This document shows, piece after piece, positions 8,874 to 17,671 of a DNA stretch of 64,000 nucleotides. The translations under genes were made by a program, and so were the position numbers. Origin of the DNA: an uncultured bacterium (lineage in GTDB: Bacteria > Patescibacteriota > JABMPQ01 > CAVVCK01). Every line of letters starts with the position of its first letter. The stretch's first letter is position 1. The stretch lies in NCBI GenBank assembly GCA_963746775.1, contig CAVVCK010000001.1, positions 339,050 to 403,049 on the forward strand. Direction: 5' to 3'. Under the pieces are notes generated by a model. It was not told the DNA's origin, searched no databases, and saw only the letters and a program-made list of their open reading frames with translations.

Positions 8874-9548
8874 ATGACATCAGAACGCCTCCAAAAAATA
8901 ATCGCCCAATCAGGACTTTGTTCCAGAAGATCCGCTGAAAAATTAATCGCTCAGGGCAAAGTTACTATAAATAATAAAATAGCTAAGCTTGGTGATAAAG
9001 CCACAAACCAGGATATTATTAAAGTTGAGAATAAAATTATTAAATCTCAAGAAGAAAAAATTTATATCGCACTAAATAAACCAGCCAGCTACACTACTAC
9101 TAATAAAGATAGGTTTGCCGAGAAAAAAGTTATTGATTTAATCAATATTCCTCAAAGAATTTTCCCAGTTGGACGATTAGACAAAGATACGGAAGGATTA
9201 ATATTCCTAACTAATGATGGTAATTGGACTAATAAAATTACCCATCCTAAGTTCGAGAAAGAAAAAGAATATTACGTCGAGCTAAATAAAATTTTAAAAA
9301 AAGAAATTTTAAATGAAATAAATAAAGGCTTTACATTAGAAGATGGATATATAAAACCTTTGGTAAAAATAATTTCCAATAAATCTTATTTAATTATAAT
9401 TCACGAAGGAAAAAATAGAATTGTGAAAAGGATATTTAGAAATTTTGGCTATCATGTAAAAAGACTTGTTCGAGTTAGAATTGGAAAATTTGAATTAGGT
9501 GATTTAGAATCAGGAAGATGGAAATATATTAAACCAAACTCTATCTAA
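8874..9548 (+). CDS. Pseudouridine synthase, RsuA/RluB family
   Basis: S4 domain (GLCSRRSAEKLI) and the catalytic motif GRLDKDTEGL. Confidence 0.85.
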   Translation: MTSERLQKIIAQSGLCSRRSAEKLIAQGKVTINNKIAKLGDKATNQDIIKVENKIIKSQEEKIYIALNKPASYTTTNKDRFAEKKVIDLINIPQRIFPVGRLDKDTEGLIFLTNDGNWTNKITHPKFEKEKEYYVELNKILKKEILNEINKGFTLEDGYIKPLVKIISNKSYLIIIHEGKNRIVKRIFRNFGYHVKRLVRVRIGKFELGDLESGRWKYIKPNSI

Positions 9549-9550
9549 CA

Positions 9551-9582
9551 GAAGTCCAGCTCCCTATAGGGAGCTGGACTTC
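9551..9582 (+). terminator. Perfect 14-bp-stem palindrome (GAAGTCCAGCTCCC TATA GGGAGCTGGACTTC) downstream of the pseudouridine synthase gene; likely terminator
   Basis: Perfect inverted repeat immediately after the stop codon, followed by TTATATT. It shares the CCCTATAGGG centre with family-4 palindromes. Confidence 0.5.
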
Positions 9583-9608
9583 TTATATTAACGATTTAGT
9601 TATTTTTT

Positions 9609-9670
9609 ATTCGTAACATTAGTACTCATTCGTATACATCTCTCGAGTATTCTCGAAAGATTGGCATTAT
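9609..9670. promoter_or_regulatory. ATTCGTAT direct-repeat element (copy 3, diverged) with a TTGGCATTAT tail
   Basis: ATTCGTAACATTAGTACTCATTCGTATA at 9609-9636 plus TTGGCATTAT at 9661-9670. Related to the elements at 48463-48499 and 55848-55883. Confidence 0.5.
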
Positions 9671-10509
9671 TATTTTATCAAGAAAAACAAAGCTCCCAAT
9701 AAAACCAAAACAATTCCCATCCCCAGCTTCATTTCCTTCTGCCTTTTCTCTTGCCATTCTTTTAAATCTGCGATTCTTTTGCCTAAAATAATTAAAATAT
9801 AAATAATTACTAAAGGCATTACGAACAACAAGTTGTAAATAAAAAGATAAGCAATCACATGCCCTCGTCCTAAGTTTTCATATAGAAGACTAATTGACCC
9901 GACATATAAAGGAAGTGAACAAGGCAGTTCAAAAAGCGTTACTATTATTCCTAAAATTATAGTAGCCGGTACAGAAGCTTTCTGCACAAATTTAGTTAAT
10001 TTCATTCTTTGAGACTGCGGAATCTGTAAAGAGAATCCTTTGCCATACCAAAAAAAGTCTTTAATATTTATCAGTCCGGCAATGATAATTATAGTGCCTA
10101 AAATATATTCAATAATTTTCGAAACATCACGATAATAAGGCTGAGAAACTAGCACGCTAATAAATTTATAAAAAATTATGCCAATAGAAAAATAAGTCAG
10201 AAAAATAGTAATAATATAAACAGCTCCAATTTTGGGTACTTGCTCTTTTTTCTTGGCAAAAACAATCATATAACCAAGCAGCAAAATCATCATGCCAATA
10301 GCGCAGGGATTAATACCATCAATCATTCCCGCCACCACAATAACCGGCAAAGTAAAATTAGATAAAGTGGTATTAAAAATAGAGCTTCGTCCGCAATTTA
10401 TTTCTGATTGAATGCCATTAATTTGACAATTTAAATCATCTGCAAAAGCAAAATTCGTAATAGAAAATAAACAAAGAAAAATAAACAAAAATATTACAAT
10501 TCTATTCAT
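9670..10509 (-). CDS. CcdA/DsbD-family thiol-disulfide transporter membrane protein with an N-terminal Cys-containing secreted extension
   Basis: Two conserved TM cysteines (GINPCAIGMM and FELPCSLPLY) typical of the CcdA/DsbD core. The adjacent gene is thioredoxin-like. Confidence 0.6.
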   Translation of the reverse strand: MNRIVIFLFIFLCLFSITNFAFADDLNCQINGIQSEINCGRSSIFNTTLSNFTLPVIVVAGMIDGINPCAIGMMILLLGYMIVFAKKKEQVPKIGAVYIITIFLTYFSIGIIFYKFISVLVSQPYYRDVSKIIEYILGTIIIIAGLINIKDFFWYGKGFSLQIPQSQRMKLTKFVQKASVPATIILGIIVTLFELPCSLPLYVGSISLLYENLGRGHVIAYLFIYNLLFVMPLVIIYILIILGKRIADLKEWQEKRQKEMKLGMGIVLVLLGALFFLIK

Positions 10510-10647
10510 TGTTTTAAAATTAATAAGTAGAAATTAGCCAGTAGTCAGTAGAAATAAATAATATTCTCTACTAACTACTAGCTAATCACTATTCTCTAAA
10601 ATAAAATTATATCACTTCCAAAAAATAAAAAAACCTTTTATCTATAA

Positions 10648-10679
10648 GAAATCCGAAACCCTATAGGATTTCGGATTCC
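10648..10679. repeat. Palindrome family 4 (AATCCGAAACCCTATAGGrTTTCGGATT)
   Basis: Near-perfect 32-bp palindrome between the DsbA-like and CcdA-like genes. A second copy is at 54621-54652. Confidence 0.7.
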
Positions 10680-10753
10680 CGCACTCACCTCCTCAAAAAA
10701 TAAAAAGTCCTGCTTTATTAGCAGGACAATTGTTAGCAATAATTAATATTTTA

Positions 10754-11383
10754 TTACTTTAATTCTTTCTCTATCATTCCAACTAATTCATCCCAAGTTT
10801 TATAATTTTGTAATTTCTTGCCATTCAAATAAAATGTTGGGGTAGCACTTATTTTCAATGCTTGAGCTTTTAATATTTTTTCATTTACATAAGATTTTTT
10901 CTCACCTGAATCTAGAGATTTATTAAATTGTTCGGTATTTAGGCCTAAACTTTTAGCATATTCTTTAAAATGTTTTATAGCTTCTTTTTCATTTAAAGAT
11001 TGTCCCCAGATACTTTGATTTTGAAACAATAAATCATGGTATTCCCAATATTTTCCTTGATCATTAGCACACTGAGCTGCCTCAGAAGCTAATATTGAAT
11101 ATTTATGAAAAGGTGTATCTTGGAAAACTACTTCTAGCTTATTAGGATATTTATCTTTTAACTCATCAACTATTTGTGAAGCTTGAGCACAAGCCGGGCA
11201 TTGAAAATCACTATATTCTTCTAAAACCACTTTCCCGTTATTGCTTTCCAAAGGTTTGGCTATTTCTCCTTCTAAACTTTCGTTTTTATTCTTAAAAGAA
11301 GCATTGGCATATATTAAAATCCCAGCAAATATCACTAAGATTCCTAATCCAATTATTATTTGTGTTTTATTTATTTTATTCAT
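10754..11383 (-). CDS. DsbA/BdbD-like thiol:disulfide oxidoreductase (thioredoxin fold, CPAC)
   Basis: N-terminal TM segment and the CxxC motif FQCPACAQ. Confidence 0.8.
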   Translation of the reverse strand: MNKINKTQIIIGLGILVIFAGILIYANASFKNKNESLEGEIAKPLESNNGKVVLEEYSDFQCPACAQASQIVDELKDKYPNKLEVVFQDTPFHKYSILASEAAQCANDQGKYWEYHDLLFQNQSIWGQSLNEKEAIKHFKEYAKSLGLNTEQFNKSLDSGEKKSYVNEKILKAQALKISATPTFYLNGKKLQNYKTWDELVGMIEKELK

Positions 11384-11476
11384 TAAATTATAATTATTTT
11401 TTATTACCTTAAAAGATACTAAAAAAGAAAATAAAAATCAACCCAGAATTACAGGGTTGATTTTTTAAATATTTTT

Positions 11477-11710
11477 TTAATCCTTATCCTTTCTACGAAA
11501 AGATATCATTCCTTTTTCTCTGTCTACTTCCATTTCTAATTTTCCTTCACTTTGTTTTGGTTTTGGTGGATAAGGATAACGTTCAACATTCCCACCCTTT
11601 ATAATTCTCGATCTAAAAAAACTTTTTTTTAATGGCGGTTTTCCTTCTTGATCCTTTCCTGATGTTTCTGGAATTTCTTCTGGCTTCGGAAAACCTTTTT
11701 CTCCTTCCAT
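11477..11710 (-). CDS. Hypothetical small basic protein
   Basis: ORF only. It is co-directional with and at the end of a three-gene unknown operon. Confidence 0.35.
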   Translation of the reverse strand: MEGEKGFPKPEEIPETSGKDQEGKPPLKKSFFRSRIIKGGNVERYPYPPKPKQSEGKLEMEVDREKGMISFRRKDKD

Positions 11711-11741
11711 ATTTTTTTGATTAATTAATAAGCTTTTATTT

Positions 11742-12455
11742 TTAAATATTGATCTTGATTTTCTCTAATCTTTCCATTTCTTTTTCTGAAGATTCAATTT
11801 TTCCTTTCAGTTCTTCCCTCTCTCTTGCTGATTGCTCATCTCTTTCTACAATTTTTTCTGCACTACTTTTTAAAACTATAAGCTTTCGCATAACCGCCTT
11901 ACCAGATTCTTTTTCTGCTTTAGTTTTGTTAGCTAAATGTTCCCCGGCTAATTCCACAACCTTTCCCCATTGTTCTAACTCAGCTCTATTCATTTCGATC
12001 TTTCCTTCTATTCCTTCCGCTCGTTGTTTCAGTTCTTCTATGTTTATTCTAACTTCTTCCTTTTTACTATCTAAAAAAGCTTGGGCTATTTCTTGATCAA
12101 TTACATTCCCTCCTTCATCTAAAGCCATACCTACCACTATATCAGCATCATCAACCACATTTGTTGTTAATATCAATTCTTTTAGTGTTTCAATGCTTTT
12201 TTCTTTTGTTTGTCCAGGATATGTCCTGTCAATAAATCTACCTAGGCTATCATCGTTAGAATCTCCTGATCTTCTTCCTAATATTTCTCTCATTTTATCG
12301 CTTGGCCTTCTAGAACTCATTATCACTTTTTTGCGTTTACTTTCTTTTGCTTTTCTTTCTGCAACAAAATCAATTACCTCTTTAAAATAAACCTGAGAAT
12401 CATAATTTTCTCCTCCCTCTCTAGCTCCTTCTGGTATTGGTTTATCAACTGACAT
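11742..12455 (-). CDS. Hypothetical coiled-coil protein
   Basis: E/K-rich C-terminal coiled coil. There is a 11-bp gap to the upstream 439-aa ORF. Confidence 0.5.
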   Translation of the reverse strand: MSVDKPIPEGAREGGENYDSQVYFKEVIDFVAERKAKESKRKKVIMSSRRPSDKMREILGRRSGDSNDDSLGRFIDRTYPGQTKEKSIETLKELILTTNVVDDADIVVGMALDEGGNVIDQEIAQAFLDSKKEEVRINIEELKQRAEGIEGKIEMNRAELEQWGKVVELAGEHLANKTKAEKESGKAVMRKLIVLKSSAEKIVERDEQSAREREELKGKIESSEKEMERLEKIKINI

Positions 12456-12466
12456 ATATTTTTAAA

Positions 12467-13786
12467 TTAATTAATAAATTTTTCTATCTCTTCCTTTGTA
12501 ATATATCCCTTATAAAAATTATCAATAATTAACTTTTCTATAGCTTCCTTTCCAAAATATTCGATAAATATTTTATTCCACATAGCTTCTTGGTGATGAT
12601 ATAAATACTTAATCATTTCCTTTTCTTTAACCAAAGACATCACGCTATCAATCAAATTCATACTGACCAAGCTCTCTATCTCCCCATTTTTTTTTATTAT
12701 TTTATTTTCCATTGTTCCATTAACATGTTTCCCTTCTCCCTTAAAAAAATCACCTACAAAATTTAGATTTTTCCAAAAAGTAAAATCTAAATCAGAATCA
12801 ATAGCATCGAGCTTGGAAATATCATTTTCTGCTTTATCCCAATGAATTGTTTCGGGATTTACGTGTGACTCTATTAATCTAAAATCGTTAGCATTATCTT
12901 TGGCTAAATATCTTTGTACGATTCGCCAACTACCCTGTGGTATATTTTTTTGATCAGAAACATCGCCGCGTAAGGCTGAAATTAATTTTTCTAAAAAATT
13001 TTCTTGTTTGGAATAATTTTCAATAATTTTTGAATAAAAATCAATCTCATGCAAATAATGTAAAAGTAAAGAAAAAACTCTTAAGGTCTCACCAGACGAA
13101 TTAATTTGTAGAGGTATAACAAATATAATTCCCAATTCTTTTAGATGACTGACATTGTGATATTTCTTTTTTATAAATTTCTCTGCTACCTTAAGCCATT
13201 TGTTATTTAAAATCAAAACTTTTATTTCTCGCCTTTCAAAATCTGAGACCTTTATATCACGATACCCCTTACTTAAAAATTCAGTCATCCATTCCTCACT
13301 TTCCACGAAACGCAAAGAAGAATACACTTCGTCAAAATCTTCTTTAGCTAGAAGATCTCCTACGTTTTTATAGCCTAAAGCTTTTATAATATTTTGCGGC
13401 GGATGCTTTTCTAGTATTTCCTTAGCTTTCTCTTTTTTTAAAAAAAACCCATCTCTAATATTAGCTATTTCCTTAGCTTTAGAAATTATTTCCCCGCAAT
13501 GATCCTGCGTTTTACAAGTAGGCTTTCCTAAAATTTCAAAAAGATCACTATCATCATTTTTTAATTTAGAGATTATAGCTCTATATACTTCCTCACTAGA
13601 AGAATTTTTAGAAAGTTTTAAATAACCTAATATTTCTTTAACTTTAAAATCGTTTTCAGCAATTATTTGATCTAAAATGCCAGATGTATCACACATCTTA
13701 TCCAAAGAAAGACAAAGCTTTTGTAAATATTCTGGTTTTGTTCTTAATATTTTAGATATTTTTTCTATCGCGTATAGATGTTCCAT
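12467..13786 (-). CDS. Hypothetical 439-aa protein; start abuts the stop of the PfkB kinase gene
   Basis: Long ORF with no recognisable motif. Confidence 0.55.
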   Translation of the reverse strand: MEHLYAIEKISKILRTKPEYLQKLCLSLDKMCDTSGILDQIIAENDFKVKEILGYLKLSKNSSSEEVYRAIISKLKNDDSDLFEILGKPTCKTQDHCGEIISKAKEIANIRDGFFLKKEKAKEILEKHPPQNIIKALGYKNVGDLLAKEDFDEVYSSLRFVESEEWMTEFLSKGYRDIKVSDFERREIKVLILNNKWLKVAEKFIKKKYHNVSHLKELGIIFVIPLQINSSGETLRVFSLLLHYLHEIDFYSKIIENYSKQENFLEKLISALRGDVSDQKNIPQGSWRIVQRYLAKDNANDFRLIESHVNPETIHWDKAENDISKLDAIDSDLDFTFWKNLNFVGDFFKGEGKHVNGTMENKIIKKNGEIESLVSMNLIDSVMSLVKEKEMIKYLYHHQEAMWNKIFIEYFGKEAIEKLIIDNFYKGYITKEEIEKFIN

Positions 13787-14755
13787 TTATTTCTTGTTTA
13801 CTTCTACTTTTTCAAAATTATTTAAATCTTTTTTATTCAATAATCCATTCTTGGCCCCAATTTTCTGAATTACCGAAGTAGCATTGGCCGATCCTAATTG
13901 GATAGCATAGGAAATATCATTTTTTAAAATCATACCGGATACAAATCCAGATCCAAAAGCGTCCCCTGCTCCAGTTCGTTCAATGCCTTCTCCACCCAAA
14001 GAAGGGGCATTATAAATTATACGGTTATCAGCTACCCTAACCCCTTTATTCCCCCTAGTCATAACTACTACATTCGGTACTAGACTATCTAATTTATTTA
14101 AAATTTCTTTTTCTTTCTCAGTATTTTCTCCGATTAGACTTGCTGCTTCTTCCTGATTTAAAATTAAAATATCAGTCTTGTTTAATAATGGCTTTAATTG
14201 CTCATCTTTTATTTCTTTAGAACCAGGATTAAAAGCTATTTTTGTATTATTTTCCTGAGCCTGTTCAAATATTTTATTAAGCAATTCAAAATTACCATTA
14301 GTTGAAGCAATATAAAACCACTTAGCTTTTAATTTATCCCAATCTATTTTTTCCGGATTGATATGGCTAGATGCTCCACGATAAACTAATATGGTCCGAC
14401 CTTCGTATTTAGACGACAGAATAACTGAATAGGCAGTTTTTTCTTTTCCATCTTTCATCACGAAAGATGTATCAACGCCATTTTCTTTTAACTCCTCTAT
14501 TATGTATTTTCCCGATAAATCTTCTCCGATTTGTGCAACACAAATGGTCTCAAACCCTAATCCAGCAAAAGATACTGCTGTATTCGTACCTCCACCACCA
14601 GTTGTAAAAACTACATTATCTATCTCAACCTTCGATCCCAAGTCCATAGCCAAAGCTTTGCCTGATAAAAATTCTTTATTTTCTAAAATTTTAAAATCAG
14701 GGCTATAGAAAAAGGCGTCCCTGGTGGCTGATCCAAATGTAATTACATCGTACAT
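13787..14755 (-). CDS. PfkB-family carbohydrate kinase (ribokinase-like)
   Basis: GGGGTNTAVSFAGLG N-terminal motif and the C-terminal TGAGDAFGSGF anion-hole motif. Confidence 0.85.
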   Translation of the reverse strand: MYDVITFGSATRDAFFYSPDFKILENKEFLSGKALAMDLGSKVEIDNVVFTTGGGGTNTAVSFAGLGFETICVAQIGEDLSGKYIIEELKENGVDTSFVMKDGKEKTAYSVILSSKYEGRTILVYRGASSHINPEKIDWDKLKAKWFYIASTNGNFELLNKIFEQAQENNTKIAFNPGSKEIKDEQLKPLLNKTDILILNQEEAASLIGENTEKEKEILNKLDSLVPNVVVMTRGNKGVRVADNRIIYNAPSLGGEGIERTGAGDAFGSGFVSGMILKNDISYAIQLGSANATSVIQKIGAKNGLLNKKDLNNFEKVEVNKK

Positions 14756-14800
14756 ATTTTATATTTATTCGCGAATTGATTTTATTTAAATTCATCTCTG

Positions 14801-14880
14801 GCACATACAGGTTTTAAACCTGCCTTGTACATACAGGTTTTAAACCTGCCTTGTACATACAGGTTTTAAACCTGTATCTA
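14801..14880 (-). repeat. REP-like family 1, three tandem units, fused to the gap stop codon
   Basis: ACATACAGGTTTTAAACCTG(CCTTGT) three times. The last unit ends CCTGTATCTAC. Confidence 0.8.
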
Positions 14881-15882
14881 CACCTTAATTCTACTCGCCT
14901 TTAATATATGCTCCAATAAAGTCCAAGAATATCCCATTTCGTTATCATACCAAGCTAAAATTTTTACCAAATCTCCATCTACAACATTGGTAAATTCACT
15001 ATCAACTATGGAAGGGCATTTATTTCCTACGATATCAGAAGAAACTAGAGGTACCCCAGATACTTTTATAATATTTTTCCATCTTGTTTCTTGTGATGCT
15101 TCTTCTAAAATTTTATTAACTTCTTCTTTGGATGTTTTCCTCTTAGCTATAAATGTAACATCAGCTATCGATCCACAAATATTAGGAACCCGAAGAGCTA
15201 GACCATCAAATAAATTTTCCAAAGATGTAACTACTTTCGTAACAGCAATAGCAGCGCCGGTTGTCGATGGAATAATATTTTCTGCTGCTGCTCTGCCACG
15301 ACGCATATCTTTTTTCTCCGAAGGACTATCAACCAAGCTTTGGGTTGCTGTATAGGCATGAACGGTATTGAGAATGGCTTTTTTTACACCTAATTTTTCC
15401 GATAAAATATCCATCACCGGTGCTACTGCATTAGTTGTACAAGAACCATTATTAGTAATTATATTGTCCTTTAATTTTTCTTCATTAATTCCTAATAGCA
15501 CTGTCTGCGCATCTTTAGAAGGAGCAGAAATAATTACTCTCTTTGCTCCTGCTCTAACATGTTTTTCCGCATCAGCTTTCTTGGTAAATACTCCTGTTGA
15601 TTCAATAACTACATCTATACCTAAATCTTTCCAAGGTAGCTTCTCCGGTTCTCTTTCTTGGCAAAATAATATTTCCTTGCCATCAACCATTAATTTGCCA
15701 TCACGGGTTTTAACATCTCCCTCATATTCCCCATAAACAGTATCGTAATCTAGAAGATAAGCTAAATTTTCTAAGTCTCCCAAATCATTTATACCAACAA
15801 TTTCTATTTCCGGATGCTGAAAAGCAAGACGAAAAAAGCCTCTTCCTATACGACCAAAGCCATTTATAGCTACTTTTATCAT
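14878..15882 (-). CDS. gap: Glyceraldehyde-3-phosphate dehydrogenase
   Basis: NAD-binding NGFGRIGR motif and the catalytic SCTTN motif. Confidence 0.9.
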   Translation of the reverse strand: MIKVAINGFGRIGRGFFRLAFQHPEIEIVGINDLGDLENLAYLLDYDTVYGEYEGDVKTRDGKLMVDGKEILFCQEREPEKLPWKDLGIDVVIESTGVFTKKADAEKHVRAGAKRVIISAPSKDAQTVLLGINEEKLKDNIITNNGSCTTNAVAPVMDILSEKLGVKKAILNTVHAYTATQSLVDSPSEKKDMRRGRAAAENIIPSTTGAAIAVTKVVTSLENLFDGLALRVPNICGSIADVTFIAKRKTSKEEVNKILEEASQETRWKNIIKVSGVPLVSSDIVGNKCPSIVDSEFTNVVDGDLVKILAWYDNEMGYSWTLLEHILKASRIKV

Positions 15883-15958
15883 ATGTTTTTTGTTTTATTG
15901 AAAAAATTAAAGACTATTATCTCTTTTATATATTATAGCATATTTTTGCCTTTAACAA

Positions 15959-15988
15959 AAGTAGGGAACAAAAATTTTTGTTCCTTAC
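15959..15988. repeat. GTAGG-headed palindrome (GTAGGGAACAAAAATTTTTGTTCCTTAC) upstream of gap
   Basis: 14-bp arms with one mismatch. Confidence 0.5.
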
Positions 15989-16132
15989 TAATACATAAAC
16001 AAGGTTTTATAAAAAGTGTAATTTGGGGGAAGCAGCCATCAATTTTTAATAAGCTACGATTATTAGGAAGGTTTGGTTAGTTTTCATACCATTCATTGCC
16101 GCTATTCCGGAAAACAGTAGCCCAACCAATAG

Positions 16133-17210
16133 TTACCGTTTAGAATCTGGTTGGTATTTAGAAATAATTTCAGGCATATTGGCCTGTTTTTTAATTGTTA
16201 ATTCAAGGGGATATTTACCATTTAGATATTTGAATTTCTGACTACAATCAGTATATTTTTTTGTTCTTCTACGGATTAAATAAGCATTAAGAAATCTTTC
16301 AGCATTCTTAAATGATTTGAATCCTTTAATACTTGTTAGTCTAGCGTTTAAATGTGAATTGAATAGTTCTATTAGATTAGTATCTCTAGGACAGTGGGGT
16401 ATATTTTGGTAAGTGAATAGGTTTTCTTCTTTCTTGTAGATATCTATTAGAACACTTTGTCTTAATAAATTCTTTCTCGCATACTTGGTAAATATATTAT
16501 GTAAAGATTTGTTTAATTCTTCTTTAGTTTTTTTCTCCTCTACTTTACTTTTAAAAATATATTCATTAAGCTTGTGAAAAAATAGTAGGTGTTGTTCTTC
16601 CGTCCTTATTCTTGTTTTTTGTCTTATGTTTTCTAGATAATGATTGTGGCAAAGCTGTATTTTGGCTTTAGGATAATAGTACAAAAGCCCTGGTTTTAGG
16701 GCAGGCAGTATATCGTCACAGATAACTACTTGTAGTGGATAGTTACAAGTCTTTAATAATCTAAAGTATCTTCTAAAGGCTTCTTCATTCTCTGAAGGAG
16801 AAAGTATTCCTACAGGAAGATCATGCTTTAGATAATCAATACCGTAAATGAACGGTATTTTTTTATGGTAGCCTTTTACTTTTATGAACTTACCATCAAC
16901 TACAATAACACCTGAGAAGCGATTGCAATAGCTCATTGTTAGCCAAGTGTTATTAGATAAGCTATTCATTTCTTCTTCTACCTGAAGAAAAACTTTAGCA
17001 GGAGATATATTATTCTCATCAGCTAGTTTTCTAAAAGATATTCCATCAACATGTTAAATCCATAACTTTTTCTTTTTACTCCGATGATCAATTGAAAATG
17101 AGCTTTTACATATTTTACAATAATATCTTTTCCTACCATCTCTGCTACCCCATTTAATAGTTCTTTTACTTTTACACTTAGGACACTTTAATTTACGTTT
17201 TTTTTGTCAT
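16133..17210 (-). pseudogene. IS1-family transposase (InsA-like Zn-finger N-terminus plus InsB-like DDE domain), disrupted
   Basis: The 278-aa ORF carries TNLIELFNSHLNARLTSIKGFKSFKNAERFLNAYL (compare IS1 InsB [27 protein letters not shown]...YL). Upstream in the same frame, the reading is continuous across a TAA at 17054-17056. A Zn-finger segment (KLKCPKCKSKRTIKWGSRDGRKRYYCKICKSSF) lies further 5' and is only in frame with the ATG at 17208-17210 if the A8 run at 17198-17205 is read as A7. Confidence 0.65.
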
Positions 17211-17297
17211 GTTTTGCTTAATTAACTAGTTAAATCAGTATATTTTAACTAAATTAAGCTTTAAAATCAAGATTTACCAACCGAAATCTAAACGGTA
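16134..17297 (-). mobile_element. IS1-family insertion sequence (~1.16 kb) with 23-bp imperfect terminal inverted repeats and a 10-bp target-site duplication
   Basis: Left IR is TACCGTTTAGAATCTGGTTGGTA (16134-16156) and right IR is TACCAACCGAAATCTAAACGGTA (17275-17297), matching at 20 of 23 positions. Flanking direct repeats CCAACCAATA lie at 16122-16131 and 17299-17308. The internal transposase has the IS1 InsB-type signature. Confidence 0.8.
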
Positions 17298-17550
17298 TCC
17301 AACCAATACGAAACTGAGCATTCCCCGCTCTAGCCGGACCTTGATGATCGGTCTCTGTCCTCTGACAGTAGACACGGCCTCCATGACTTTCCGGACAATG
17401 TTGTAATTCACTATCCCCAGAAGTTTCAGCCACCATCACAGGCTCTGCATCTCCTTCTCTTCCAATCTTTAGCCCAAGCCTAACACCGTCTCCTATCGAA
17501 AAACCGGTATCAACCACATGATCTCCTTTTCCCATCTTCACGTCACTCAT
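17254..17550 (-). CDS. Small GC-rich hypothetical protein whose last ~21 codons were replaced by the IS insertion
   Basis: Joining the flanks at the target-site duplication reconstructs an uninterrupted C-terminus ...AQFRIGWATVFRNSGNEWYEN*. The current ORF instead reads into the IS right end (...RIGWIPFRFRLVNLDFKA*). Local GC is ~50% against ~30% background. Confidence 0.4.
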   Translation of the reverse strand: MSDVKMGKGDHVVDTGFSIGDGVRLGLKIGREGDAEPVMVAETSGDSELQHCPESHGGRVYCQRTETDHQGPARAGNAQFRIGWIPFRFRLVNLDFKA

Positions 17551-17671
17551 CCTTCCCTTCCTTTCGTTATCCCCCTCAAAAAAATGTGCAAGTTTATATA
17601 ATAATTATATTTTAGACCTAGTCAAATAAAAAAGACTCCGATAAGGTCTTTTTTATAAAATTCAAAGATAC

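Noticed and set aside
14801-14880. Tandem repeat arrays (also at 4901-4962, 22568-22652, 63343-63420) considered as CRISPR arrays
   Set aside because: The units are ~26 bp and the spacers are 0-8 bp and near-identical (CCTTGT twice). The repeats are strongly palindromic, arrays have at most 3 units, and no cas genes are present. The pattern fits REP/BIME-type elements, not CRISPR.
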